From positions 3,040,001 to 3,104,000 of the forward strand of contig OY760175.1 in assembly GCA_963663165.1 (NCBI GenBank): 64,000 nt of DNA, read 5' to 3'. Every line of letters starts with the position of its first letter. The first letter of the stretch is position 1. A model generated the notes under the pieces. That model had not been told where the DNA came from, made no database searches, and saw only the letters and a program-made list of their open reading frames with translations. This DNA comes from an uncultured Desulfospira sp. GTDB lineage: Bacteria > Desulfobacterota > Desulfobacteria > Desulfobacterales > Desulfobacteraceae. A program made the translations under genes and the position numbers. Below are positions 9,204 through 19,817 of the stretch, piece after piece.

Positions 9204-9283
9204 CTATAACCATTTAAACAGGCCGGAAAAAAATAACACAAAACACACCCGGCTGCCGGGCCATTACAGCCCGGACAGAAACA

Positions 9284-9318
9284 GGCTAATGGCTAACAGC
9301 TAAAGGCTAACAGCTAAA
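9284..9318 (+). repeat. Heptamer tandem repeat (RGCTAAN)x5 directly upstream of the pspA RBS
   Basis: ggctaat ggctaac agctaaa ggctaac agctaaa. Confidence 0.85.
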
Positions 9319-9336
9319 ACAAAAGGAGAGTACCAA

Positions 9337-10020
9337 ATGGGAATTTTCACCAGATTCAAAGACATTGTCGCATCCAACATCAGCGCTATGCTGGACAAAG
9401 CCGAAGACCCTGAAAAACTGATCAAGCTCATGATCCGGGAAATGGAAGATACCTTAATTGAACTAAAGTCTTCCTGTGCCGGGACCATTGCCAGCCAGAA
9501 AAAAGTGGGACGGCTTCTGGAAGACTCCAGAGAAAAAGAGGCCTTCTGGACCCAAAAAGCCGACCTGGCCGTCACAAAGGGGCGGGACGACCTGGCCCGG
9601 CAGGCCCTGATTGAAAAACGGCGGTTCACCCAGAGAATCGAGGCCGTTGAAGAAGAACTCACCGAACTCGAATCCATTGCCGACCAGTACAGAGATGACA
9701 TTCAGGAGCTGGAAAACAAGCTCAAAACCGCCCGGGAAAAACAGCGGCTCCTGGTTCAGCGGCATATCCGGGCCACCAACAAAAAACAGGCCCAGCAGGA
9801 AATCCGCAGGGCGGACAGTGCTGAAATCATGCAGAAATTCGAAGAAATGGAAACCCATATCGAACGGATGGAGGCTGAGGCCGACCTGGTCAACTTCGGC
9901 CGGAAAAACAGCCTAGAGCAGGCCTTTGACACCCTTGAAGCCGATGATGAAATAGAAAAACAGCTCAAGGCATTAAAATCCTTAAAATCTGAAAAAATCA
10001 GTGATACAACCGATGTGTAA
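9337..10020 (+). CDS. pspA: Phage shock protein A
   Basis: MGIFTRFKDIVASNISAMLDKAEDPEKLIKLMIREMEDTL N-terminus; long coiled coil. Confidence 0.96.
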   Translation: MGIFTRFKDIVASNISAMLDKAEDPEKLIKLMIREMEDTLIELKSSCAGTIASQKKVGRLLEDSREKEAFWTQKADLAVTKGRDDLARQALIEKRRFTQRIEAVEEELTELESIADQYRDDIQELENKLKTAREKQRLLVQRHIRATNKKQAQQEIRRADSAEIMQKFEEMETHIERMEAEADLVNFGRKNSLEQAFDTLEADDEIEKQLKALKSLKSEKISDTTDV

Positions 10021-10113
10021 CCGGTGCAGACCGGCCAAGACAGACTTACAAAAAACAGCGAAAGCCAAGCGCTTTTACATTAACCGCCAACCGCCACAAA
10101 GGAGCCGTCAGCC

Positions 10114-10362
10114 ATGATGCATGGCGCAGTTATCATAGGAATGTGTATCGGAGGGGCCATCCTTATCCTGGTCACCTTAGGTTTGATTGTCATCGGCATT
10201 ATCCGGACCATCAAAACCGGGGGCCTTTTCAAAAAGGAAAAAGAGGCCCACACCGATGAAACCCGGATGATCCAGGAAATATTCAGGGGGCTTTCCAAAA
10301 TGGAAGAACGGGTGGAAGCCCTTGAAACCATCCTGATTGAACGAAAGAAAAAGGACATATAA
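10114..10362 (+). CDS. pspB: Phage shock protein B-like
   Basis: One TM helix plus MEERVEALETIL; between pspA and pspC. Confidence 0.75.
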   Translation: MMHGAVIIGMCIGGAILILVTLGLIVIGIIRTIKTGGLFKKEKEAHTDETRMIQEIFRGLSKMEERVEALETILIERKKKDI

Positions 10363-10364
10363 CC

Positions 10365-10808
10365 ATGAGGCACAATTTCAAACGACATGCTGGAACCGGC
10401 CGCTTCGGACGATCCTGGGGACACCGAGGGCCGGGAAGACTGTTCCGGCAAAAAAGCGAATTGTTCGGCCAGCCGGTTTACCGGTCCCGGCGTGGCATGC
10501 TTTTAGGGGTCTGCAAAGGCATTGCCGGACACTTTGGCCTTAACCTGGTCTGGCTCAGGATCATTGTATTTATATTGTTTTTGTTCACCGGATTCTGGCC
10601 GGCAGGGGTTCTTTACATCATTGCCGCAATTATCATGAACATGGAACCGGCAAGCCCCATCCAGGACGAGCAGGACAAGGAATTCTACCAGTCCTATACC
10701 CAGTCCAGGGACTCGGCCATCCAGCGCATCAAGCGAAAATTCGACAATATTGACCGGCGGATACAGCGAATGGAGGATACGGTCACGTCCAAGGAATTTG
10801 AGCTTTAG
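10365..10808 (+). CDS. pspC: Phage shock protein C
   Basis: YRSRRGMLLGVCKGIAGHFG PspC domain; C-terminal RIQRMEDTVTSKEF. Confidence 0.9.
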   Translation: MRHNFKRHAGTGRFGRSWGHRGPGRLFRQKSELFGQPVYRSRRGMLLGVCKGIAGHFGLNLVWLRIIVFILFLFTGFWPAGVLYIIAAIIMNMEPASPIQDEQDKEFYQSYTQSRDSAIQRIKRKFDNIDRRIQRMEDTVTSKEFEL

Positions 10809-10823
10809 TCCGGATATTCCGGG

Positions 10824-11441
10824 TTAGAAGATTCCCAGCAGCTCAAACCCGTCTTTAAACAACACCAGGGCCAGCAAACACAGGGCAAGCCCCAGTCCCT
10901 TTAAGGTAAACACATAGATCCGCCCTTTTAAAAACACCCGGGATCTTTCGGTGACCAGGGCAAGCCCTGTTTTTGACCCAACCAGCAGCAGATAAAAACT
11001 CCCCACAAAGGCCAGAGGGCCGGCAATCCCCGCCTCCATGGCCCGGGCCACCACCGGCCCCCCCACACTGATCCAGAACAGATAAGGGTGGGGGCTTAAA
11101 AAATTCACCAGGATCCCCTTGGCCAGGGAACGGTCTTTCCTGACCCCGGTTTTGACGGCGGTGCCCGAGGATTTGACCGATTTGATCCCCATGGAAAAAA
11201 TCACACAGCCGCCCACTAGGGAAATCATGCCCATGATGCTGTGAAAGCCGGAAAGCTTTGACAACAGGAATACCGACGCCAGAATAATGGGAAGATCTGT
11301 AACCACAGGTGCCAGGGCCACCCGGACACCGGCCCTGACACCATGTTCCAGGGTTTCGGAAACCACCAGGGTCAGAAGGGGGCCCGGCGCCATGCCCGCC
11401 GAAAACCCTAGCAGCGCGCCCATCCATAAATAGTGAATCAT
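10824..11441 (-). CDS. LysE-family translocator
   Basis: GMAPGP N-terminal motif, GILVNFLSPHPYLFW, 6 TM segments. Confidence 0.88.
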   Translation of the reverse strand: MIHYLWMGALLGFSAGMAPGPLLTLVVSETLEHGVRAGVRVALAPVVTDLPIILASVFLLSKLSGFHSIMGMISLVGGCVIFSMGIKSVKSSGTAVKTGVRKDRSLAKGILVNFLSPHPYLFWISVGGPVVARAMEAGIAGPLAFVGSFYLLLVGSKTGLALVTERSRVFLKGRIYVFTLKGLGLALCLLALVLFKDGFELLGIF

Positions 11442-11543
11442 AACCAGACTCTTTTCCTAAAATTCAAACAAGAGCGTTACTATAGACAGAAACCGCCTCT
11501 GGATCAAGATTTATTGCAGAAGGGGAATATGGTTAATTAAAAT

Positions 11544-11610
11544 GGACTTGGGATATGGGACTTGGGGATTGCAGCGTCCGTGGCCTGACCAAGTCCCATA
11601 TCCCAAGTCC
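11544..11610. repeat. Inverted pair of GGACTTG-type heptamer arrays (22-bp perfect inverted repeat)
   Basis: ggacttgggatatgggacttgg ... ccaagtcccatatcccaagtcc. Confidence 0.85.
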
Positions 11611-11677
11611 CAATTCTAACTTCCTCCATCTAATAAAATTTCTGAATTCTTCGGCGGTATGAGGTGTCCTTGAAAGG

Positions 11678-11716
11678 AAAAAATACGGGCGACCCCGGTG
11701 CCCCGGGCCGCCCGTA
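11678..11716 (-). terminator. Rho-independent terminator after the dodecin gene
   Basis: GC-rich hairpin TACGGGCG..CGCCCGTA followed by a T-run on the minus strand. Confidence 0.7.
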
Positions 11717-11737
11717 GGTGGAATGTGATGGGAACGG

Positions 11738-11947
11738 CTATTCCTGATACTTGAACGACAGCCTTAAGTTGGCCCTGAACTGGGCAGGTTTGCCGTCTTC
11801 AATTTTAATGTCCAGTTTCTGGACTTCGGCAATTCTCAGATCCCTTAGAGAACCGGATGCTTTTTCAATGGCCCTGTTGGCCGCATCCTCCCAGGATGTC
11901 GGACTTGATCCCACAAGGTCGATAATTTTGTAAACGCTTTCTGTCAT
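11738..11947 (-). CDS. Dodecin-family flavin-binding protein
   Basis: SVYKIIDLVGSSPTSWEDAA...LRLSFKY; GGAGG RBS. Confidence 0.92.
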   Translation of the reverse strand: MTESVYKIIDLVGSSPTSWEDAANRAIEKASGSLRDLRIAEVQKLDIKIEDGKPAQFRANLRLSFKYQE

Positions 11948-12008
11948 GATTCACCTCCCTGGATTAAAATTAAACAGACCAAAGGCCTGGTCTGGCCTCC
12001 TTGCACAT

Positions 12009-12043
12009 AGCCAACAGCTAACGGCTGGCAGCTAATAGCCAAA
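12009..12043 (+). repeat. Heptamer tandem repeat (RGCTAAN-like)x5
   Basis: agccaac agctaac ggctggc agctaat agccaaa. Confidence 0.7.
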
Positions 12044-12230
12044 AGCGGTGAACGTGGAATGGCAAAGTAGTAAAAAAACAAATCAATTGCGATATGGAAT
12101 GATTGATTATATAAAAATTAGATCAATTGTCAAAACCTTTTTCCCGGGTTCCGGCATGTTCAACTGACAGGTGCCGGGATTAAGGGCCACCGGTATTTTT
12201 TATTGACTGCTCAACAAAGGAGAATGGGAA

Positions 12231-13004
12231 ATGGAAGAAATCATTATTGAGAAAGCTCAAAACTATGTTGGAACCGTCACCCTGAACCGCCCTGAACAGA
12301 TGAACACCTTCAGCAGCCTCATGGCAGAGGAACTCAACCAGGCCCTGACCGAACTGGATGCCGACCCTGAAGTCCGGGTTATCCGGATCAAAGGCGCCGG
12401 CAAAGCCTTTTGCGCCGGCATTGATGTCAATGAGCTGGAAGGGAAAACCGCCATGGAATACCGGGAATGGATTGAAAAAATGGAGCGGCCCCTGATATCC
12501 ATTTCAAAACTGTCCACCCCGGTCATTGCCCAGCTCCACGGGGTGGCCGCCGCCAACGGCATGGGGGTAATCGCGGCATCGGACCTGGTCATTGCCGCAG
12601 ACAACGCCCGCATGGGACTGACCGCCATTAATGTGGGGCTCAACTGCGTGGGGCCCATTATTCCGGTGGCCCGGTGCGTGGGACGGAAAAAAGCCCTGGA
12701 ACTGCTGCTTTACGGAGAGCTGATCAAGGCTGAACAGGCCCTGAACCTGGGCTTGATCAACAAGATCGTCCCGGCCGATGAACTGGAAGACAAGGCCCTT
12801 GAATGGGCACAGGTTCTGGCCCAGAAGAGTCCCATCGCCGTTAAAATCGCAAAAACCGCCTTTTATCAGTCTGAAGACATGGACTACGACAGGCAATTCG
12901 CCTATATGAACGAAGCCTTTGCCCGGCTGTGCACCACCAGCGATGCCAAGGAAGGGGTCAAGGCTTTTTTTGAAAAACGAGCACCTGAATGGACACTGAC
13001 ATAA
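12231..13004 (+). CDS. Enoyl-CoA hydratase/isomerase (crotonase) family protein
   Basis: TLNRPEQMN, AFCAGID, PVIAQLHGVAAANG, EGVKAFFEKRAP motifs. Confidence 0.92.
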   Translation: MEEIIIEKAQNYVGTVTLNRPEQMNTFSSLMAEELNQALTELDADPEVRVIRIKGAGKAFCAGIDVNELEGKTAMEYREWIEKMERPLISISKLSTPVIAQLHGVAAANGMGVIAASDLVIAADNARMGLTAINVGLNCVGPIIPVARCVGRKKALELLLYGELIKAEQALNLGLINKIVPADELEDKALEWAQVLAQKSPIAVKIAKTAFYQSEDMDYDRQFAYMNEAFARLCTTSDAKEGVKAFFEKRAPEWTLT

Positions 13005-13711
13005 CCCCTGGTTTTAAATTGACTCCCATTGCCGTTATCCACTCCTGCTTTAAGGAAAAATTCGGCATTCCCAGACAACCCAACCTGGTTCCGGAGGCCC
13101 CGGCCACCCTGGTATTTGAGCCTGAATTTAGAAGGCCCGAGACGGTCCGGGGCCTGGCCGGGTTTTCCCATATCTGGATTATTTTTTTGTTTCATCAGTC
13201 CCCTGCCGGGTCCTGGCGGACCATGGTCCGCCCGCCCCGGCTGGGCGGCAATAAAAAGGTGGGCATATTTGCCTCAAGATCCCCGTTCAGGCCCAACCCC
13301 GTGGGCATGTCCGCCGTTGCTTTAGATTCCATTGAACAGACCCCCAAGGGGCCTGTCCTCCATCTTAAAGGCGGTGATTTTCTGGACCAGACCCCTGTTC
13401 TGGATATCAAGCCTTATCTGCCCTATTCCGACAGCATCCCTGACGCTGCCCCGGGATTTGCCCCAAAGGCCCCGGACCCTGGATTGGAGATCAGGTTTTG
13501 CCAAAAGGCCCGGAAACAGTGCATAGAGATTGAAAGAAAAATTCCCCGGTTTACAGCCATTGTTACCCAGGTACTGGAAAACGACCCCCGGCCGGCCTAT
13601 ACCGCAGACAGAGGGGAAGGCCTTGAACAGGAGTTTGGGTTTTGCCTCTTTGATTACAACATTAAATGGCGGCAGAAAGGGCGCACCGCAACCGTGACAC
13701 AGATTACATGA
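12989..13711 (+). CDS. tsaA: tRNA (N6-threonylcarbamoyladenosine(37)-N6)-methyltransferase TrmO
   Basis: KEKFGIPRQP, FSHIWIIFLFH, VRPPRLGGN, GIFASRSPFRPNP, TPVLDIKPY, DPRPAY motifs. Confidence 0.93.
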   Translation: MDTDITPGFKLTPIAVIHSCFKEKFGIPRQPNLVPEAPATLVFEPEFRRPETVRGLAGFSHIWIIFLFHQSPAGSWRTMVRPPRLGGNKKVGIFASRSPFRPNPVGMSAVALDSIEQTPKGPVLHLKGGDFLDQTPVLDIKPYLPYSDSIPDAAPGFAPKAPDPGLEIRFCQKARKQCIEIERKIPRFTAIVTQVLENDPRPAYTADRGEGLEQEFGFCLFDYNIKWRQKGRTATVTQIT

Positions 13712-13721
13712 CGTTCAAACA

Positions 13722-14846
13722 CTACCCGGATGCAAGGGCTTCGCGCTCCTCATCAAAGTCTGCAAACTCCAGGGCAATGGCGCGAAACTCGTCCGTAATC
13801 TCTAAAAACTTGTCCACCAGTATCGGATCAAAGTGGGTCCCCCGTCCCTCGACAATGATCTCCACGGCCTTGTCGTGGGGGATACTGGCCTTGTAAACCC
13901 GTTTACTGATCAGGGCGTCATACACGTCGGCAATGGCCATAATCCGCGCAGACAATGGGATATCCTCCCCGGACAACCCTTGCGGGTACCCTGAGCCGTC
14001 CCATTTTTCGTGGTGGCTGCCGGCGATCTCCTGGGCAATATGCAAAAAGCTGTTACTGCCCAGCTTTCGCTCTGCCTTTCGCAGGCTGTCCCGGCCATAT
14101 ATGGTGTGGGCTTTCATCAGCTCAAACTCTTCGGGGGTAAGCTTTCCCGGTTTGAGCATGATGGTGTCGGACACCCCGACTTTGCCGATATCGTGTACCG
14201 GGGCCGACAGGTAGAGAAGGTCAATGGTCCGGGGGTCCAGCCGGTCGGCAAACCGTGGGTCCTTGGCCGCCTGGACCGCCAGGGCCCGGACATAGTTTTT
14301 GGTCCGGGAGATATGGCCGCCGGTTTCCGGGTCACGGCATTCCGTAAGCGTGGCCATGCTTTCAATGGTCACCTCTTTGACCAGGGCCAGTTCATGGGTC
14401 CGTTCCTGGACCAGCTCCTCCAAGTGGTCATGGTGGCGCTTGAGGTCCAGGTGGTTTCTTACCCGGGCCCTGACGATCTCGGGAACAATGGGCTTGGTAA
14501 TGTAATCCACCGCCCCCATGGAGAACCCCTTGGCCTCCTGGCCCACCTCGGTCAGCGAGGTGACGAAAATTACCGGGATATGCGCCGTACCCGCATCGGC
14601 TTTGAGCAAACGGCAGACCTCGTATCCATCCATTTCAGGCATGACCACGTCCAGCAGGATAATATCGGGTTTGCGCTCCTTGCGGCAGGTTGCCAGGGCC
14701 TTTTCACCGCTCTTGGCCACAATAACGTTATAATCCCCTTTCAAGACTTCAATTATCGCGTGAAGATTCTCAGGAGCGTCGTCCACCGCTAAAACAACGG
14801 GTGTGGAAGATAGTGGAGATAATGATGACATGACGGTTTCCTTCAT
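13722..14846 (-). CDS. Response regulator with HD-GYP c-di-GMP phosphodiesterase domain (RpfG-like)
   Basis: REC domain (VDD, LLDVVMP) plus RDPETGGH, HDIGK, HHEKWDGSGYP, ADVYDAL. Confidence 0.93.
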   Translation of the reverse strand: MKETVMSSLSPLSSTPVVLAVDDAPENLHAIIEVLKGDYNVIVAKSGEKALATCRKERKPDIILLDVVMPEMDGYEVCRLLKADAGTAHIPVIFVTSLTEVGQEAKGFSMGAVDYITKPIVPEIVRARVRNHLDLKRHHDHLEELVQERTHELALVKEVTIESMATLTECRDPETGGHISRTKNYVRALAVQAAKDPRFADRLDPRTIDLLYLSAPVHDIGKVGVSDTIMLKPGKLTPEEFELMKAHTIYGRDSLRKAERKLGSNSFLHIAQEIAGSHHEKWDGSGYPQGLSGEDIPLSARIMAIADVYDALISKRVYKASIPHDKAVEIIVEGRGTHFDPILVDKFLEITDEFRAIALEFADFDEEREALASG

Positions 14847-15015
14847 TTCGTTTACATGCCCATGGCCTGTATGTCTTGGCGTACAGCCTTAAAGCGGCAT
14901 TCTATACGGAATATTTCAAGGCATTGTTCATTTTTTTCGACGATACAGCCATCTTACAAATTGTTGCATTGATTATCAAATAAATTTTTTAAATATTATT
15001 AAATATTAAAGATAT

Positions 15016-18000
15016 CTATTCGGCTTCAAGCTGTGCTTTAACACGTTTTAACGCTTCAATGGCCTCGTCTGTATCAAAGTCCTCCAAAAGGCCGGCAATA
15101 TTTTTTATGTCAGCTTCATACCGGGTTGAGGCCAGCATGCCGCCAAGTTCTTCTGATTTGTCCATGGCCTCCGATATATTGGTGGTAATCAAATCTATGA
15201 TCTGATCAATCAAATCAGGGGCACCGGACAGGTCAGCTCCGGGCTGGACTGAAACAACCGCCTCAATGGCGTCCCCGAGGTCAGCCAGGGCACCCATCAC
15301 CTCATCCAGATCGGCCTGGACAATGTCCGTAAGGGGCTTGGTATCTGCCATCTCCTCCCGCAGGGCTTTTTCCAGGTCCCCGGATGATCCGGACAGCTTC
15401 CCGGCCCCCAGGTTGGCGGCCACGCCTTTAAGGGTATGGGAGAGACGGACCGCTTCCTCGCGGGTTCCTTCTTCCAGGGCCGCCAATATGTCCGAAACGG
15501 TGGCACCATAGTTGTCCCTGAACCGGCACAGCAGCTTTTTATAAAGTTTCTGGTTGCCGGCTACCGATGCCAGCCCATCCTGAATGGATATGCCGGAAAC
15601 GCCATCCATGGGCAGGCTGTCCGTTGGGGCGCCATGGGAGTCTTGGGATTTTCCGGCATCAACCCCTTCAGGCGATTTCCTTTCGCCGGGCTTGATCCAC
15701 TGGACCAGGGTCCGGTTCAACTGGTCCGGGTCAATGGGCTTGGTGATGTGGTCGTTCATACCGGCCTCCAGGCTCTTGTCCCGGTCACTGCTCATGGCGT
15801 GGGCCGTCATGGCCACTATGGGCAAGTCCGCAATTCCCTGGTCCCGGATGGCCTTTGCTGCGGTGAGCCCGTCCATCTCCGGCATCTGGATGTCCATGAA
15901 CACCAGATCGTAATCCTTGTCCTTTCCGCCGGCCAGGGCCGAAAGGGCTTGCAGGCCGTTGTCCGCCACATCCACAAAAAGACCGGCTGTTTCCAATAAC
16001 TCCACAGCGATCTGCTGATTGATTTCATTGTCTTCAGCCAGCAGGATCCGGGCCCCTGAAATCAGGTCCAGTCCGGGCACAGCCGCTTCTTTGGCCTTAT
16101 CTCTTTTTCCGATAATGCCCGGTTTCAGGCCCATGACCCCAAGAATGGTGTCCAGCAGCACAGAGACATTTACCGGCTTGACCAGAAAGGCATCGGCACC
16201 AGCCTCCATGGAATGGGCCATGACGTCTTCCCGGCTAAAGGCCGACACCATGATCACCGAGACCTTACGCTTTAATCTCGGGTCCGCTTTAATTTTCCGG
16301 ACCACTTCAGCGCCATCCATCCCGGGCATCTTGTAATCCATGAACACCAGGGGAAAAAGTTCGTCATCCGGGGTATTCTCAAGGATGCTCAACGCATGGG
16401 GCCCGGAGGTCGCTGTGGTGGTTTCCAGTGCCAGGGTTTCCAGCAGGGATTTAAGGATGAGCAAAGAGGCTTCGCTGTCATCTACCGCCAGCACACGCAG
16501 CCCTTTTAAATCAGCTGCCAGGATGGTGTAGTCTGCGGGTTTTTTTTCCGGAGCGGCCACAACCTCAAACCGGCAGGTGACCCAGAAGGTGCTCCCCGCC
16601 CCATATTCGCTTTCAAGGCCAACCCCGCCGCCCATGAGTTCAGCCAGCTTTCTGCAAATGGACAGACCCAAGCCGGTGCCCCCGTATTTGCGTGTTGTGG
16701 ATGTATCGGCCTGGGTAAAGGGCTGGAAGAGTTTTTCTTTTTGTTCATCGGTCAGGCCGATGCCGGTATCTTTCACACTGAACTTGATCAGCAGGCTGTT
16801 TCTTGACCGCTCAAGGATCTCGGATTTGACGATAATCTCTCCTTGTTCCGTGAATTTAACGGCATTGCTTACAAAATTCAACAGGATCTGGCCGAGCCGG
16901 AACGGATCACCCACCAGTTCCTTGGGGGTATCCATATCCTGGTCAATGATGAATTCCAGTTCCTTTTCCTGGGCTTTTTGCAAAATCACGGCGGAAAGGT
17001 TGTCAAACACCTGATCCATCTTAAAGTTAATGTTCTCGATATCCAGCTGGCCGGCCTCAATTTTGGAAAAGTCCAGAATATCGTTGATAAGCCCCAACAG
17101 GGCCTTGGCCGAACTGTCAATCTTGTATATATAATCCTCCTGCTTGGCGGTAAGGTCGGTTTTTAAAACCAGGTGGGTCATCCCGAGAATGGCGTTCATG
17201 GGGGTCCGGATCTCGTGGCTCATATTGGCAAGAAAACCGCTCTTGGCCTGATTGGCCGCTTCTGCTTCCTTCATGGCCCGGGACAACTGTTTGGTTCGCT
17301 CTCCCACCAGCTCCTCCAAGGAGTCCTGGTGTTTTTTGCGTTCCGTTATATCCATGATCGTGAACGTAAAGCCCTTTTCATGGTCCTGCTCGTCCAGGGG
17401 CACCAGGGTGATATATACATCCTTGAGGGTGCCGTCTTTGCTTTGAAAAACCGACTCAAGGGCGGCCCACCCCTTTTCCTCAAGCTGCGTGTAGGCAAGC
17501 TTTCCTGAGGTTTCAAACACCTCATCGCTGGGGTAGAAAACCCGGGTACTCCGGTCTAAGAGTTCCTCTAAGGGGCGGCCGGTGATCCGTGTAAGCTCCC
17601 GGTTGGCGTGGGTAATCACCCGGTCTTTCACCATACCGATGCCCACGCTCGACGCCCTGAGAATACTGTCCAGTTCCCCCTGCCGGCGGAGCAGTTCCTG
17701 TTCATAATTCTTACGTTCGGTGATGTCCATGATGGTAAAGGCATGGCCCTGGCTCATGTCTTTTTCATTCAGGGGAGCCATGCCGATATGAACGTTTTTA
17801 AAAGTTTTGTCCTTGCTTTGGAAAACAGATTCCAGTGACGCGGTGCCCTTTTCCTCGACCTGCTGATAGATGTTTTCACCCACAGCCAGAAATATCTCTT
17901 CGCTGGGATAAAAAATCCGGGTGCTCCGCCCGATGAGTTCCTCTGCGGAATAGCCGGTAATTCTGGTCAGTTCATCGTTGACATGGACCAGGACCCGGTC

Positions 18001-19515
18001 CCTTACCATGCCGATGCCCACCGTGGCTGCCCTGAGAATACCGTTTATTTCAGCCTGGCGATGAAGCAGTTCCCGTTCAGCGGCCTTACGTTCCGAGATG
18101 TCCATGATGGCACCGATAAACCCTTCGGAGAAATCATCCGGGTTCAGGGGGACCGCGTTCAGCAGGATGTTTTTCAGGGTCCCGTCCTTATGCTTGAAAA
18201 TGGTCTCAAGGGATACCTTCCCTTTTTCCTGTACCTGCTTAGAATATTCTTCGCCAACGGCATTAAAGATCTCTTCACTGGGATACAGCAGGCTTGTATT
18301 TTTTCCGGCAAGATCTTTTAACTTGTAACCGCAGATTCTTTCAAATTCGTCGCTGGTGTAGGTGATGGACCGGTCTTTCACGATGCTGATACCCACCGGC
18401 GAAGACTTGAGAACACCGTTTAACTCTGCCTGCTGGCGAATTAATTTTTGTTCAAAGGCCTTGCGCTCGGTAACGTCGATTCCGTCTGCAAAAATGAACA
18501 TGGGTTGATTTTTCTCGCCCAGAATGGGCTGGATAATGACCTCGGCATCAATCCGTCTGCCGTCATGGCTGGTGTGCACGGCGTCAAACACCGTGGTCCC
18601 CCCTTTCTGGGCCTTTTCAACAGCCTTCCGGACTATTTCCTGAGTCTGGGGCTGTCCCTGCCACCAGGCCGTTTCCCAGAAGGGCTGCCCCACAACCTCC
18701 TCCTGGGATACATTGACAAACTCCACCGCTGTCCGGTTGGCCCGGCGCACCCGGCCGTCCAGGCCAAGGATCCCCATAAATTCTCTGGACTGGTCAAATA
18801 TGCCCCGTAAGGTGGCCTCGCTGTTCCGGATCCTGCGGGCCGCCTGCAGTCCCTGCCGTATAGAAATAAATGCCAGCAGGGCAACCCCCGCGAGAATGGC
18901 CATACTGATTATTAAAAGGCCTTTTGCCTCATCTTTGGCTGCGACATTGATATCCTGAAGATAAACACCGGTGCCGATAATCCAGCCCCAGGGCTCAAAC
19001 CGTTTGACATAGGATATTTTGGGGACGATTTGACTGCCGGCACCAGCCAGCTGCCAACTGTAAGAGACAAAGGCACTGCCGGTGTTTTCACTTTTTTCCA
19101 CCATTTCCATGAACATCCGTTTGCCGGCCGGATCCTGATAGCCTGTCAGATCCCGGCCATTTAACAGGGGCATGAACGGGTGCATGATCATCCGGGGATG
19201 AAGATCGTTAACCCAGAAGTAGTCCTTATTGTCCGGACCATACCGGACAGAGGAAATAGCCGCCAGAACAATTTTCTGCGCCTCTTTTTGGGTCATGGTC
19301 CCATCTAATTCATGGCCATGGTAATACTGGGCCATATCCAGGATGATCCGGGTCATATTTTTGAGTGCGTATTTTCTTTCATCCAGCAACGTATTGTACA
19401 CACTGGGCAGGTGAACTCCGAAGATCGCCACCGAAAACAAAATAATGGAGGCCACCATCGGCAGGGCCGTCTTTATCCACAAGGGAGCGACCAGACGCTG
19501 GATTAAGGAACGCAT
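15016..19515 (-). CDS. Hybrid sensor histidine kinase: Cache, 4 PAS, HisKA/HATPase, 2 REC, HPt
   Basis: DYFWVND...MHP...[11 protein letters not shown]ache motif; repeated PAS/PAC units (DITERK); [32 protein letters not shown]t; start moved to ATG 19515 with GGAGAG RBS. Confidence 0.93.
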   Translation of the reverse strand: MRSLIQRLVAPLWIKTALPMVASIILFSVAIFGVHLPSVYNTLLDERKYALKNMTRIILDMAQYYHGHELDGTMTQKEAQKIVLAAISSVRYGPDNKDYFWVNDLHPRMIMHPFMPLLNGRDLTGYQDPAGKRMFMEMVEKSENTGSAFVSYSWQLAGAGSQIVPKISYVKRFEPWGWIIGTGVYLQDINVAAKDEAKGLLIISMAILAGVALLAFISIRQGLQAARRIRNSEATLRGIFDQSREFMGILGLDGRVRRANRTAVEFVNVSQEEVVGQPFWETAWWQGQPQTQEIVRKAVEKAQKGGTTVFDAVHTSHDGRRIDAEVIIQPILGEKNQPMFIFADGIDVTERKAFEQKLIRQQAELNGVLKSSPVGISIVKDRSITYTSDEFERICGYKLKDLAGKNTSLLYPSEEIFNAVGEEYSKQVQEKGKVSLETIFKHKDGTLKNILLNAVPLNPDDFSEGFIGAIMDISERKAAERELLHRQAEINGILRAATVGIGMVRDRVLVHVNDELTRITGYSAEELIGRSTRIFYPSEEIFLAVGENIYQQVEEKGTASLESVFQSKDKTFKNVHIGMAPLNEKDMSQGHAFTIMDITERKNYEQELLRRQGELDSILRASSVGIGMVKDRVITHANRELTRITGRPLEELLDRSTRVFYPSDEVFETSGKLAYTQLEEKGWAALESVFQSKDGTLKDVYITLVPLDEQDHEKGFTFTIMDITERKKHQDSLEELVGERTKQLSRAMKEAEAANQAKSGFLANMSHEIRTPMNAILGMTHLVLKTDLTAKQEDYIYKIDSSAKALLGLINDILDFSKIEAGQLDIENINFKMDQVFDNLSAVILQKAQEKELEFIIDQDMDTPKELVGDPFRLGQILLNFVSNAVKFTEQGEIIVKSEILERSRNSLLIKFSVKDTGIGLTDEQKEKLFQPFTQADTSTTRKYGGTGLGLSICRKLAELMGGGVGLESEYGAGSTFWVTCRFEVVAAPEKKPADYTILAADLKGLRVLAVDDSEASLLILKSLLETLALETTTATSGPHALSILENTPDDELFPLVFMDYKMPGMDGAEVVRKIKADPRLKRKVSVIMVSAFSREDVMAHSMEAGADAFLVKPVNVSVLLDTILGVMGLKPGIIGKRDKAKEAAVPGLDLISGARILLAEDNEINQQIAVELLETAGLFVDVADNGLQALSALAGGKDKDYDLVFMDIQMPEMDGLTAAKAIRDQGIADLPIVAMTAHAMSSDRDKSLEAGMNDHITKPIDPDQLNRTLVQWIKPGERKSPEGVDAGKSQDSHGAPTDSLPMDGVSGISIQDGLASVAGNQKLYKKLLCRFRDNYGATVSDILAALEEGTREEAVRLSHTLKGVAANLGAGKLSGSSGDLEKALREEMADTKPLTDIVQADLDEVMGALADLGDAIEAVVSVQPGADLSGAPDLIDQIIDLITTNISEAMDKSEELGGMLASTRYEADIKNIAGLLEDFDTDEAIEALKRVKAQLEAE

Positions 19516-19817
19516 ATGAATACTCTCTCCTGTTTTTCGTTGGGGCACGGCAAACAGATTCGCCGCGTCATCTTCTTGCAGGCGGCGCAAAGGGTTACCC
19601 GATGGGACGCCGGCAGATTACCGGTTTCTAAATTAAAATGATAAAAAAAACGCCGTTTACCGGATACCTTGGGCCGGGCTCATTGAGATAGAAAGACAAC
19701 TGGCAGTCCGGACAGATTTTTTTGCTTGTTTAGTTACTCAATATAAAGACAGGGAGTAACTTTTGTCAAGAAAGTGTTTGATAATAGGGCAATAACCGTA
19801 ATCTGGACATATCCCCG

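Noticed and set aside
14010..14792. Long antisense ORFs (this one; also 38541-39263, 48400-49041, 55539-56246)
   Set aside because: Shadow frames opposite well-supported genes, expected from GC-rich codon bias
19560..19640. GCAAA/GGGACGC words suggestive of a c-di-GMP riboswitch upstream of the hybrid kinase
   Set aside because: They are on the wrong strand for the gene and in the wrong order
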